From Lama guanicoe (lineage: Eukaryota): a stretch of DNA of 64,000 nucleotides. The stretch is from NCBI GenBank assembly GCA_013239625.1, contig MU054098.1, positions 2,915,104-2,979,103 of the forward strand, in the 5' to 3' direction. Of the stretch, positions 47,821-60,800 are shown in pieces; positions within the stretch are counted from its first letter, which is position 1; every line of letters starts with the position of its first letter. Below the pieces are notes generated by a model, which worked only from the letters and a program-made list of their open reading frames with translations, was not told the DNA's origin and ran no database searches. The position numbers and the translations under genes are program-made.

Positions 47821-49513
47821 GGTACCCTTGCTTTTGTGAGCAGCCACTCCCAAGAGGGGGATCCCAGAGCCCCCAGGCCCAGCTTGTCTGTGGGAGAATT
47901 CAGCACCAACCAGCCTTTGTTTCAGTGGAACTTTCCCATGTAGAGGTGGTTCTGCCTCTCCAGAGTTGATCTTTCTCATGTTAGGCACTTCTAAAGCCAC
48001 GACTTTTGTTAACTCATAAGAGGTAGTATTCCCAGGAACAGGCTCAGAGATGGCAAGTGGAGAACCAGGCCTCACAAACAGGACTCTGAGCACCCAGCAC
48101 TCTTTCTACTGCAACACAGGTGCCTGTGGATAGGCTGAGTGAAGTGGCTCACGGGAACTATTTGCTAAATATGTATTGGATGCATGAAAAAATAGCTCTT
48201 CAAATCCTTTGCTCTCTTTTCTGCCACACCGCTCCCTTGGACCTAAGCAGAAAGACACGTGTTATTCAGGACCTTTATATTGACCAGCCCCCTCCAAATA
48301 ATGCTCATTAAAGGATATGCCTGGGCCCTGCTCCCATTCAGTGAGTCAGGACAGAATCTTCCTTCCCTTTCGAAAGTAGTCGTCCAAGGCGCAGGTTTCG
48401 GTGTTGGATTGCCTCGATTTAAATCCTTGCTCGACCACTTACCAGCTGTGTGACCCTCTTAACCAGTCTAAGCCTCTGTTTCCCTACCTGTAAAGTGAGA
48501 TCATAAAGCAGACCTGTGCCATCAGGGTTGTCTCAAAGATTAAATGTGATAATAGACTCCACCGTAGGGCCAGGCTCATCATCAGCACTCGATAAACTCT
48601 TATTATTGCCTTGGACCCTGGAGCCCTTCTTTCCCTTCATCTGCTGTGGGCTGAAGCAGTTTCACTACACAGTGCCCCTAGCAGGAGGAAACCAGAACAG
48701 AGGATGTGGGCTTTATGGGGAGAACCATATAGCCCTCGCCCAGTGCAAAGACCAACGCTTATTAGGCTGTTAGAACAGCAGCTGATAAAATATCTTGGAT
48801 GAGGTCTTAGCTGTGGGAGAAGAGATGCTTAGAAATATCCCTCAGGGGGGAAGGGGGACAGGAAGTTGTGAGGACAGAGAGAATAAACAAGAGGAGATAG
48901 AAGGGAAAGGGAGGCTGGGGAGACAGGGAAAGAAAAAAGGTTGGGAGAGACAGGGAGGGGCTAGAGAGCCGAGGAGAAGCTAAAGTGGCTGCTGGAACAT
49001 TAAGCACAAATGAGGGGAAATAAAATTAACATCTTTATTGAAAAGAAAAACAAGGAAGTAAGAAATATTCCTGTTGGGGGAAGTCTTGTGTAGAAAGGAG
49101 CAGGTGCTGGGGGCCTTTGGAGGCTGGTTGCCATGGTGATGCTATATGTCTTCTTTTCTGTTACCCTGTGAATCCGGCAGCTGATAGCTTCTTTCTGCTC
49201 TAGTTTCTCAGTCCAGGGCTTAGCCCTCGGTGTGGCTTTGGTGTGTCCATCTCCAGCACCTGGGATATGCTGTGGGACCTGCCGACTTGCTGTCATGCCT
49301 TCTTTGTGAAATGATACTTGCACAGAAAGAAAAAGGAAGGAGCTTGAATGCTGGGGAGCTGGAGGGAGAATACCTCTGTGCGGCTCTCTGTAGATAGATG
49401 AGCAGGCAAGTTTAGCAGGGTAGGGAGCACTGTGGCCAGAGAGACATGGGGGGAACTCTTAGTGACTCCTCCCTCTTCAAGGTAAATCTAGGTGGGCTCC
49501 TCTCTAAGAAAAT

Positions 49514-49620
49514 AAGGTGACCAGTTGGCCTGCTTTGCTGACACTGAGGGGTTTCCTGGGACATGGAGCTTTCAATTATACAATGGGAGTCTCAGACAAA
49601 CCCGGACAGGTGGTAACTTA
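49514..49620. mobile_element. MER94-like hAT element
   Basis: aaggtgaccagttgg...gggtttcctgggaca...aaacccggacaggtggtaactta; a related fragment lies near 18350-18410. Confidence 0.55.
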
Positions 49621-50845
49621 AGAAAAGGCCCACAGGGAAAGGCTAAGATGAAGGCAGCCCACACTCTTCAGAGTCAGACCTTTATCACATGCAGGGACCA
49701 CCGAAGGCTCCTGAGGGAAAACCACTTTTTAACCCAGGCTCATAAACATGGACAATAATTTAATAGCTTGATTTTTGCCACCAAAATATCTTCCCCCAGC
49801 TATCGTATGTAAAAAGGTTCTCCAGGTTTTGGTAATGTTACAATCACCTTGAGACCTTGTCAAAATGCAAATTCTTGGGCCCAACCTGACCTGCTAAATC
49901 CATGTCTCTGGGGGCCCGGGCATCTACCTGTTACCAAGTTTTCTAGCGGACTCAGATGTCCATGGTCTGGGGGCTTGGTGTTGAAAAGCCTCCCTGGCAG
50001 CCGTCAGAGAGTTGGTTTGTCAAGTGAAAGCCAATAGGCGTTCAGACCTCAGAGCCTGACCCACCAGGGCAAAAGGCTTGCAGCGCCCTGGCCCTGGGGG
50101 CAGAGACACACCTCGGCCCTCCCACACCATGTCCCCTGCCCTCTGCCTGGCCGGTGCCTCCCCTCCCTCTGGGTCAGGCCTGAGCATCACCTCCTTGGAC
50201 TTCTTTCCTGGCCTCCTAGTCCACCTTACAGGCGTTCACAACACCCCTCTCTTATTTCCTTCTGTTTCTCACAACTTGAAATCTCACATCTATGTGTGTG
50301 GTTCCTCATAAATGTCCCCCCGCCCCCTGACTAGACTGTAAGCTCCTCGAGGTCCAGGCCTGTGCTGTCCTCGATGCTGAGCGCCCACAGCACCTAGTGC
50401 AGGGCCAGGCACAGGGTGAGTGGCAGCTAAATATTTTGGAATGAAAGCATGCATGCATGCATGCACGAATGAAAGAAAGGGTGGATGGGGAGGTAGTGGT
50501 GGCAGCCCCAGCTTGGATGGCAGTGCTGAGTGGCAATCCTCTGGGGCCGGGCCTGGCTGCTCTGTTGGCATGGATGCTTCCAACACCATTAATGGGCTTG
50601 AAGGTGACGGGGTCTGGGCACCTTCTCCGAAAGTTCCTGGCTCTTGGCAGAGTCCCAGGTCACTCTCCAAATGGAAAGCAGAAGGAAGCCAAGGCAGCCA
50701 GGTCTGGGGTAAGAGGCCAAGGGAAGCAGCACGTCTCTGGCCGGTTGGCTGGGTACCCGGAGGCCGGGGGAGCGGGGGGTGCTGAGACTTGCTGCCTTCT
50801 TGCCCTGTCCTGTCCTCCCACCTCTGGCTCCTCGAGGGTGGGCAC

Positions 50846-51375
50846 AGAGGGGGGCAGACTTAGCCACTCCAAAATGTGTCTCTTTGGCATAAGGATTATT
50901 TTAGGCTGATTCTTTTTAAGAACCAGCAGACCTAGGAAAAGCTTTGAGAACCGAGTAGACGTCACCCTTTTGTAAGAGACACTTGCCAGGGAAACCCCCC
51001 ATTTGTAAGGGTGTCACCCTTTCTGAACCAGGAAGAGAAGGATGACTAAATCTCTAGAACTTATCAATAGCGAAGGCAACAACGTGAATCTGCATAGCAG
51101 ACTTACCCCTGATCACTGTGCTTTTCCTGAAAACCTCCCATACCTGGCTCTCCCCCACCCGCTCCATCATCTTTTTTTAAGCTGGAAATGATGTTTAAGT
51201 TGGTGGCCTGGACCATTTCGGGGAGTCAGATTCCCTGGGTCTCTGCCATGGATCCAGGAGGTCTACAGCTTATTAAGCGTCTGCTTGCTTTTCTGCTGTT
51301 AATCTGTCTTTTATTACAGGGGGTGTCAGCCTAGAACCTAGAAGGGTAGAGGGGAAATAGTTTTCCTCCCCCACA
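50846..51375 (+). mobile_element. ERV1 solo LTR (MER34/MER39-like)
   Basis: gccactccaaaatgtgtctctttggcataaggattatttt at the 5' end, ctgttaatctgtctttt internally, ends ttttcctcccccaca; no internal ERV sequence adjacent. Confidence 0.7.
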
Positions 51376-52626
51376 GCCCTTTCCCTGCCGCATGCAGAGT
51401 CCTGGGCGAATGGCCTGGAGACCCGGGAGCACTGTCTCCACGGCAGTGTCTCCAGGCTGCCTTGAAAGTGACAAGGGCCCCTCGAGTGAGCGTTTGCAGG
51501 AAATCACAGGCCGTGTGCATCCATGGACGCGTATTCTGAAGGGCTGGCTCAGACAACCTGCAAATCACATCTTCTTGTCGCCAGAATGCCACGCTCCCTC
51601 CGGAGCGAAAAGCTGGGTCCCAGTAACTTGAACAGTGGGACACACGACAGACCTAAAAGTTCACCGTTCAACAGATCAAACTCTGGAGAGTGAGGCTCTC
51701 TGGTGAGGGGCACATAGCTACCGTCTACCGAGTGTCTCTCAAGGCTGTGTGTAAACTGCAGCAGTCTCTTGAGCTGGGCACTATTGTTGTCCCTATTTCG
51801 CAGATGAGAAGACTGAGGCTTTCTTAGGCTAAACAAGTTTGTCACTGTCATGTACCTTGGAAGAGGCAGAGCTGGGATGTGAACCCGGGCAGGGCAGCCT
51901 GGCTCCAGAACCCACGCCCTGAACTGCCACAAAATATGTGCTCCCTCCCTTGTACGAGTAAAGACTCAGACGCAGAGAAGTCAAGTGCTGTGCCCAGGGT
52001 CACACAGCCGGCTAACGGCAGATCAGGAACCAGAAATTAGGTCTCCTCTCCCCAGTCTGTCTCACTTTCCCTCATGGCTCTGTCCCTCTGGGTACAACAG
52101 GGCTAACTTGTCCTACTTTACCTAGCCACGCAGAGTCCTAATGGCAGACACAGAGGCTGAGCTCTCTTCAATCCCACGACAGTACTGCTTTGACTGCTCA
52201 GCACTAGAACATTCTAAGGCTGAGAAGCAGGGTGGGATCAGGCCTTCCGTGTTGGTCCAACGCTTTTGAGAAGGATGCCACCCCTGATCAGCACGCTGGT
52301 CCCATCACCACCAATCCCCCCCCACCCCGAGTCCCCAGGTCTCACAGGCCCTTTGTGGGACCCTCCTGTCCCGGCACCCGCATCTCTTCCTCCCCTTGGC
52401 TTTCTCTCTGGCTAAGCGTGTGGGTGGGGGCCAGGTGGGTGACCCCCACCCGGGGCTTTTAATGAGAAGTTTTGTCATGCCCAGGCAGCAAAGATGAATA
52501 ATTCAGTGAAGGAAGCTCAGGCAATGTTATTCTTTCAGCAAAGAGTCCCTTGACAGTGGGAGAGGCAGAGAAGGACTGCATCTTATTATGGGAGGGATGG
52601 GGGGATGGGGTGACAGGGCTATGGGA

Positions 52627-52700
52627 GAGGAGGAGGAGGAGGAAGTGGAAGAGGAGGAGGAAGAGTAGGAAGAGGAGGAGGAGGAAGAGGAAGAAGAAGG
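52627..52700. repeat. (GAG/GAA)-rich purine tract
   Basis: Direct read. Confidence 0.85.
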
Positions 52701-53759
52701 CTACACTGGACTCACTAACAGAATTCTGGGGGATCCTTGTCCAAGCCACTTTGCCACTTAGGATTTAAGCCTACTTAGGCTGGTGCAAATCCTCTCTAAT
52801 CTGTTGGCTTTTGGCCGGTCAAGCAGTGATCTCTTTATGACCAATGCCTCCTTCCAGAGAACAGTGCTGGAATCTCTCGGGGTGGTGGCCTCTTTTGTTT
52901 ATTCATTGGACTTTCAAAATGATTGAGTTCTCAGAGGAGAGAGAGGACAGATGGAGGGAAGAAGTGACATGCATTCCTGGTCTTCGTTTAGGTGCCAGGG
53001 GAAAAGAAACACACTCACAGAAGCCCTTGCCAGCTTGCACTGCATCTGAGCACATATCCCTGCCTAGTTTGGGAAGTGGCGGTGGAGAGGGGTGCTAATT
53101 CTTAGACAGCACCTTTGAGAAGACATACGAAGGTTTTCCTGTAAGGTGATGTGTTTCTACTTCTTACAGCGCATGAGAGATGCCAAGCTTCCTTTCAGTT
53201 GGCAATTTGGGATGCAGCATTGGTGCCCTAAATCCTCTTTGAGTAGAAGGCAGCTGTCTTTTAGTGGGAATTGGCACATGCTGCAAAGCAAGATTTCCAG
53301 TGCTTTGCGTGCCGAGGAGACCCAGTGGCTCCCACTCTGGATTTTGAGGGTCAGTGAAGAGTGGATTTAAGCCCCAGGCCTATCCCTTCTGGGTTCTGGG
53401 ACCTTAGGCAAGTTGTATCACCTTCTGGAGCCTCAGGGTCCTTATCTGTAATGTGAGGAACAGTGATAGAACTCTGTTACGGGGACTCCCTCTTATGACT
53501 GCCGCAAGGACCACACGAGAGAGAAAAGTGTTTTGTAAACTGTCAGTCTTTGTCTCTGGGTAAGGTATATTGCTGTGTGGAAAAGAACACCCAACGGCCC
53601 ATAGTCTCTCACCTGGGTCCTTTCAGACAAACTGATTTGCCAGTACTGGGCACAAAGTATATAGCCAAGGAACAGTCTCTATGAAAAGTTAACTGGCATT
53701 TTGGGGAGCCAAATAGTTACCTTTATCTCAATGGCACGTCCCTAACACCAGGACAGGGA

Positions 53760-53975
53760 GGCAGTTTGGATCCCAAGGGACCTGGATTTGGTACCAGGCT
53801 CTGCTACTTATTAACCATGTGAGTTGGAAAAATTAATTAACGTCCTCGAGCCTCATTTTTCTCATCTACAGAAGAGAAATAATGGTTTCTGCCCCTCAGT
53901 GTCGTCACAAGATTTAAATGAGAGGGTGCGTATGAAGACTTAGCCCAGGCCCTGGCACATAGTAATGGGTCAGCA
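53760..53975 (+). mobile_element. MIR SINE
   Basis: gagcctcatttttctcatcta...atttaaatgaga...cctggcacatagtaa. Confidence 0.7.
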
Positions 53976-56077
53976 AAGGGAAGCTTTAGGTGCTGTTGTT
54001 GTTTTAAGTGATCAATGAACTGTGAGGTTACGCCCATAGTAGGCTTCATTCAAAACAAAGCTTCACCGAATACCTCCTGGGTGCCACGCAGGCACTGGAG
54101 ACATGATGGTGAGCAAAGTCAGACATGGCACTTGCCCTCCTGGACATTAGTCTAGTGACTTTTGATAAATGGTGGGTGACTGAGTGATTGAAACTAAGAT
54201 TCCACCGTGACTCAGAAATGAATAACTCTAAGATAGTAAGGTCTTGGAGGTTGAGGCTAAAGGGAACATGATGATTTTTCTAGACTCTGAAACTCAGCTG
54301 CTCGCTAAGGGAATGGAAAGATGTTATCAGGCACTGGGGGACATACAGAGGAAGGAAGGTAGTGTTTTGGAGGAGGAAAGAGTGCCCGTTTCCCTTTGCA
54401 AGTGGGGAAAGTAAACCTACTAGGAACAAACATGAGCAAGCCACCTTTAACTAGATGTGGACCTGAGCAGAACTCCCAGGGGCCTCCCCTGATTCCTTCC
54501 TCCCCAACTTACTGCCTTCCCTTTCCTTGTCCAAGCATGCATTTAGGAAAAGACCTACGAATTCATTCACATTGCTATGGGGTTGGGCCAGTGTGAGCTG
54601 CCTGGGGAGTAGCTTTGGGTGTGATCTCCGAGTCAAGGCCCAGCTCGTGATGTGGGTCAAGGATTCTGCTCCAGTTACAGTTTCTTTGGAAAGACAGTTG
54701 CCAAAGCAGTTGCCAGTGGGAATTCTAGAGCCTCTGATATGACCTGAAGGACTGCCCACCTTGGCAGATGGCTGTCCATCTCTGGGGGTCAGCACCCTTT
54801 AGTGGAAAGGCTGGACCATGTGGCAGTGATGACTTTGGGAGGCCTGCTGAGGCCGGGTCATTCATTGGTCAGAGGAGCTGAGTTGCTGGGAAGCTTTCCT
54901 GAGGTGCGTACCTCCTTTCCTTCGGAGAGAGAAACTCTCACCTATGACCAGCTACCTCCTGGGTGAGGGGCAAGTGGGAACCCTGCTGTCTTTTACTTTC
55001 TAGTTCCTCCTCCTGCTTTTGGCGAAAGAAAGAACAAATCACTTTGGGATACCAAGAGCTAACTGGTACACACCCACACAGAAGGAACCCTCGGACTGCA
55101 GAGGCTTGCCTCGAGGGGAACTGGGCCGAGAGTGGGAAGGGCCAGCCTTCACCAGGACCTTTGAGGGTTAATCCACGTTGGCCCTGGAGGTCCTCCCCAT
55201 CTTCCCAAGAGAGTTCCTGAGAGCTGCTGCCTGACAGAAACCGCCATTCCCCGCCCCAGTGTCCCTTCTTCTCTCTCTGCTGCTTCCCCCTCCTTCAGCT
55301 TGCCCATCTCCTCCGGACCAGTTTAATCTGCCCAGTATTGAAATCATCCCAGGCAAAGCAGCCAGCCTCCGCTCTTCACTAACAACAGGATTGAGGACTG
55401 AGGAGGCCCGGAGGCTTACTGGTTGCCATGGTGAGGAGTAGGTCCTGAGAGGATTAAGGAGCTGGGAGCTTGCGCTTTATTGTTTGCTGGTTTTGATGAG
55501 TTCTGTTTGCTTTTCTTCCCCTGCCCGGCTTCCCCTCCATGCTCCTCCCGCCCGCCCCTCCAAAGTCTCAAAGCACTAAAGCAGAAGATTACTTGGAGCA
55601 AAATCGGCTCCTGATGCGGGCTATAGTAAATACAGGCTGCCCTGCTGAGGGTAACTGGCGTGTACTTTGCAATGCAGACTCCTGGGAGGGCCATGTTTGG
55701 AAGGCAAGATGTTACACCTTTGTGGTTTAGTAGCTGCCTTGCATCCTGAGGCAGAGGGGAACTGGTGGAGGAGGAGGGTTCAGTGAAGCTCTCTGAAGCC
55801 TCTATAATTTTCCCTTTCTGGCCACAGCATAGGGAAGGCATAGGCAAACTGAAAGCCAGGAGTTTAGGCTGAGAGAGGCCTCTGGAAAAAAGGAAGGCAA
55901 CTCAGTCCTGTCAGCTTGGGAATTCCTGTCCCCTGTCTCCCACACCCCAAGGTCCTCTGACTGGAGTCCAGATACCCAGTCCACAAAATCTCCTGTGACT
56001 GCCTCTCTTCCCAGCAGTAACCAAGGTAGAACATATTTGTGGAGAAAATGTGGGCTCCAGAAAATCTGTGAGGGTAT

Positions 56078-56158
56078 TCTTCTTCCCCTTCTCCTTCTCC
56101 TTTCTTCTTCTTCTTCTTCTTCTTCTTCTTCTTCTTCTTCTTCTTCTTCTTTTTTTTA
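56078..56158. repeat. (TTC)n microsatellite with TTCTCC lead-in
   Basis: Direct read. Confidence 0.95.
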
Positions 56159-56789
56159 TTAATAGTTCCTTTCAATTCAGTCTATCGCTCTGAAAAGGGA
56201 AACAGCTGATTCAGGGAGATTTTTGTGGACTGGATGCCTGGACTCCAGTCAAAAATGACTTTGCTTCCATCTTAAGTGGTACCCTGAGTCTGGGGAGCTA
56301 TAAGAAGGGAGAAGGGCATGAGAAGGAAACCCGGAGTGTATCAACAAGGCCAGATCATGGAAAACGGTGAAGTCTCAGTGGCTCCTATCTCCTCTTTCAT
56401 TCCGTGGCAACTGCATAAAGCCAGCTTGATTGGATGAGCATTTCAGGGTGACTGTATCAAATGCTCTCCCTGTACCCCTAGTCCAAGCCTTTTATCCATC
56501 CTAGCCTGGGAATAGGGACCCTGCTCCCTTTTCAACCCTCTAAACTTGTATTTTCAGCTTCCAAGGTCTTTATTTATCCTAACCTAGGTGTTGCTTTGTG
56601 TATAGTCTCAAGTCCTTGTGTCCATGTTTTATTCTTCTAGCTAGATGGCATGTTTCCTAAAGGCAGATTCTGGGTCATAAACTCCATTAGACTTCCTCTT
56701 CAGGGCTTTGGAACATGACAGGTGCTTGATAAATGGATATTGACTTACTGATCAAAACTGAGGACCACAGGAAAGGTCCATTCTACGTA

Positions 56790-57800
56790 AAACTGGCATA
56801 ATGTAGCAATAGTGGGAAAATTGGCTTATTATTTAGAAAAAAGAAAGTTAAATGCTTTTCTCATGCCATATACAAAATAAACTCTAGAGCTATTGAAGAC
56901 TTAAACACAAATGGCAAAACTATACAACTCTTGGTAGAAAATGTAGGAGACTATCTCTGCAGCATTGGGGTAGGTATGTTTTCTTAAGATGTGGAGAGCA
57001 CAAACCATAAAGGCAAAGGTGGATGGATCTGATTAAAGTCCATTAAGAGTAAAGATTTCTTTTCTACAAAGGACACAATAAGCAGATTGAACAGAGAGGT
57101 CATAGGCTTGGAGAAAATATTTGTAATGTATATGAGCAAAACAGAGTAATATCCAGAATGTGGAGGACAAGAGACAGGAAGTGTGCTAGAAAAAACAGCA
57201 AATGTACAAATAAGCAACATCCAGAAGGGGAAGCTCAAATAAGTAGATCATAATCATCTGAAGAAATGTTCAACCTCATTATCATTAGAAAAAGGCAAAT
57301 TAAAACAGCAGCAAGGCATTCTTTATACCCATCAGACTGGCAAAACATTTAAAAAGAGTAAGCTAATAACAAGTGTTAATAATAATGTAGGGAAACAGAG
57401 ATCCTCATACATTGCTGGGAATTATGTAAATGGTACAGCCATTTTAGAGAGGAATTGGCAAATATTTAGAAAATTTAAATTTGTACATATCCAATGACAG
57501 AGCAATTCTGCTTCTGGGTATTTATCCCACAAGAACTGCTCTCACAGGTACGCAAAGTGGCTGGTACGAAATGTCCATTGCAATATTGCCAATAGAGAGG
57601 AGCTGGAAACATCTCAAATGTTTGTCAACAGGAGAATGAAGAAGTAAAATGCAATCCTTGCAAATCATGGAACACTATGCAGTAATCACAATGAACACAC
57701 GAGATTCATAGACATCAACATAATTAGGTCTCTGTAATTGTGACACTGTGTGAAACAAAGAAGCAGAAAAAGATGTACAGAATAATATCATGTATGTAAA
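56790..57800 (+). mobile_element. Old L1M fragment (ORF2 end/3'UTR)
   Basis: A-rich; catacattgctgggaattatgtaaatggtacagccatt, gcaattctgcttctgggtatttatcc. Confidence 0.75.
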
Positions 57801-60800
57801 TCAAACACAAGAGTGGGAATCCATCAAGAAAAGAGATGAGACTGGGAAAGGCAATAAAGAGGGAAAGAAATAGAGTAAGATGAATATGAATAAAAAATAG
57901 AAACAAAATAAAACAAAGTGGGCCATGTGTGAACTGATAGTGTGACCCTAACAGACTTCCAAACAATGCCATTCTTTGCATCTGAGGCAACCCCCCTGCC
58001 CCACTCCAATAAAAAATAGAAAATAGAAAGAAAGAAATTGGACAAGGTATAGGAAAGTACCCAAGATAGTGTCTGGCAACCAATACTTGCTCAGCAAATG
58101 TGAATTTCCTTTCTCCTGATTCATCTTTTTTTCTTCTTTGAGAGAGAAGTGGGGGTGAGTAGGGAGTACTAAGAACCCAGAAGCCAAACACCTGGGCATT
58201 TGGATCTGTCCGTGGATGCCAGTTGGTCGACCTGGAGGAGGTGCCCCTGTTGGAGGACACAGAAAGTGAAATGAGGGCATGTGGTTAGAGACCAGCAAGA
58301 GGCTTCCACATCCCAAATGTTTCTCACTGGGATGTGAGCTCCCTTTAGTCTTTATGTCTGTAATCCCGCCATCTTTGTACTGAGAACTTGACCCATGGAG
58401 CCCAATCAATTGTGTTGCCAGCCTAGCAGTCTGGGATCCAGTGAGACTAGCTTCCCTGTTTGCTCAAAAGTGGGGAGATGCTTTCACGCTTCTCTTGACT
58501 GATCCAACACTACATCTGCCCAGAGACCCCCTGGCTGCTCTGAGAAATGGGCTCTGTAGCTCAGGAACTTAAGGGCCAAGACACCTGACAGCTGGGTTAA
58601 GGAAACGGACTTCCCTATACAGGGACACGGGAAATGAAGCCAAAGACAGTGATACTGCTGAAGAGACTCAGCCGTCACACTGAGCTAAAAGGACTCTAGC
58701 AGGGAGATGCTTGAAAAGCTGGCTTTTTACCTGCCTCAGGCTGGATTTCTGCTGGAGGCCTAGCAGTTTAGCCCAGCTTGGTTCAGCCTGAACAGGGCCA
58801 GTTCCAGAGATAGTAGCCTTTAGGGTCTGCTACCAGAGAAGAGAAGTAAGAGAAGAAAGAGGAAAAGCCTTGTTCCCAAGGGCATGGTTTAGGAAGAGCG
58901 ATCTGTGGGAGACTCTGTGTGAGTCGTGTCAGTGGAGGTGACCAGGCAGGAAAGCCTGCAGAATTCAGTCTGGCTCTGACCTCTTTTGTAGCTGAGGGAT
59001 GACATTCCTTCGTAGAGATCCCAAGACAGAACCAGGCCAGTGTTCTAAGAACCAGGCGAATGATATTAGATGGGAAAGCAACAGACAAGCATACACGAGG
59101 GCTTAAAGGAGAAGGGTTTCTGGAAAGAGAGATTGTTTATCATTTATTCTACTGCTCTTCTGAGCCAAGCTCTTGCTTGTTGAGATTCTCTCTGGGCCAG
59201 TGTCAGGACTTGACACTGACCTTGGTTTTGGTAGTCCTAAGGGAGATGGAGGCCTGGTCCTACCAGGCCACAAAGCAGCTTGTCTGTCTGTCTCGGGGAA
59301 CAGGGACTTAGCCATGTGGTGAGCAGCCGCAGTTATGCACACTTACCTCCATGCTTTCATTTGATCTTCACCCCCACCCCCACCCCCATCTCCTCCCCCA
59401 CCTCCAAGCTGTGGAGCTCACAGTCCTCCTGGCTCATTCCCCTACATCTGTTGTCTATCTGTCTGTCTCTTTGCTTCCAAGGTCAGGCAAGTGGGATTTG
59501 CTGATTTAAAAGAAAATTATATTTAAAGATTTTGCCGGCTGCCTGCCCAGGAACACAAATGGCATAGGGCATGCCAGTCCACTTAGAGTCCTCTTTTGTC
59601 CAGTGTCCTTGGCAACATGAGGGAGGGAGGAGAGGCTGGGGCCAGGTGGTAGGGAAGCACTGTGGGACAGGTGTTCCAAAGCTCACTTTCTCAGCTTTTG
59701 TTATCAACTGCTCCCCCTCTCCCACTGGACTCCTGAAGAGAGAGGCACAGAGGCTGGGGGGAGGGTACAGAGAGAAAGAAAAAAATTACTAAGAGTTATA
59801 GAGCATTACTACCTGCCTCTGAGATCAGTGCGATTATTATTCCCCAGTTTGGAGTTGAAAAACCAAAAGGATAGATAACTTCCCCAAAGTCTCAAGTCAC
59901 TAATCTGTGGAGCTGAGCTTCAAAGCCAGGTTGGTCTGACTCCAGGTGTGGTGCCCTTAGTCACTCAGCTGCCGTCGTCAGGAGGACTAGGTTATGTTCC
60001 TGACCATGTCACCAATATTTGTGTATATTCACACAAAAACCTCTCTGGGCCTCAGTTTCTTCAGGTATCAAATGGGGATGACAGCTCTTGTCCTGCCCAA
60101 CTATTGGGATTACCATGCAGATTAACTAGATTAGGCAATAAGAAAGAATGGAGGACCGTTCCCCCTTGGTGGAGGATGGGGAGTAGAATGAACACTGGTC
60201 TGTGAGTCGGGCTGTCTGGTTCCAGTCATGGCTGTGAGCGCCTCTGATTCCATGACCTGGGGTGAATTACTTCAGGTTTCTGGGCCTCAACTATAAGACA
60301 AAGGAGGTGGCCTTGAAAGTCCCATCCCTCCAGAACTATAGGTCTGTGATCATTTCCCCTCTGTCAAGTCTTAGACCATATGCCTGCTGCTAGCGTGAGA
60401 TGGTCCCATCCAGCCTGCTTCCTTCACTGCACTCCCATTGAGTGGGATGGAAATTGTTTGAAATGAACACAGACCCAGAGCCCAGTCTCCGGGTCCCCAA
60501 GGGTCCCCCAGGGTCCCCCTTTCACTCTCTATCACCACAGTGCTGGTCCCAGGTATTGCCCTCCCCGACTCTTGTTCATTAAATGACAGAGCGACTGTAC
60601 CTTGTCACAATCGCCTTACAGACCTGCACAGCCCTATGCCCACGGAACCTCTCTGAAAAAAAAATGACATTGGCTTTACTTGGTGTCACCTGATGCTGCT
60701 GTTGGGGATATGGGGAAGTGCTGGTCCCTGGCTTAGGCTGGGAAGCAGCTTGTGGTAACAGGGTCTTGATTGTCATTTGCAGCCCTACAATGCTATGCTC

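Noticed and set aside
55864..56175. Poly-Lys ORF (also poly-Ile at 13733-13936, CV repeats at 19423-20051, HT repeats at 40591-41098)
   Set aside because: These are translations of microsatellites.
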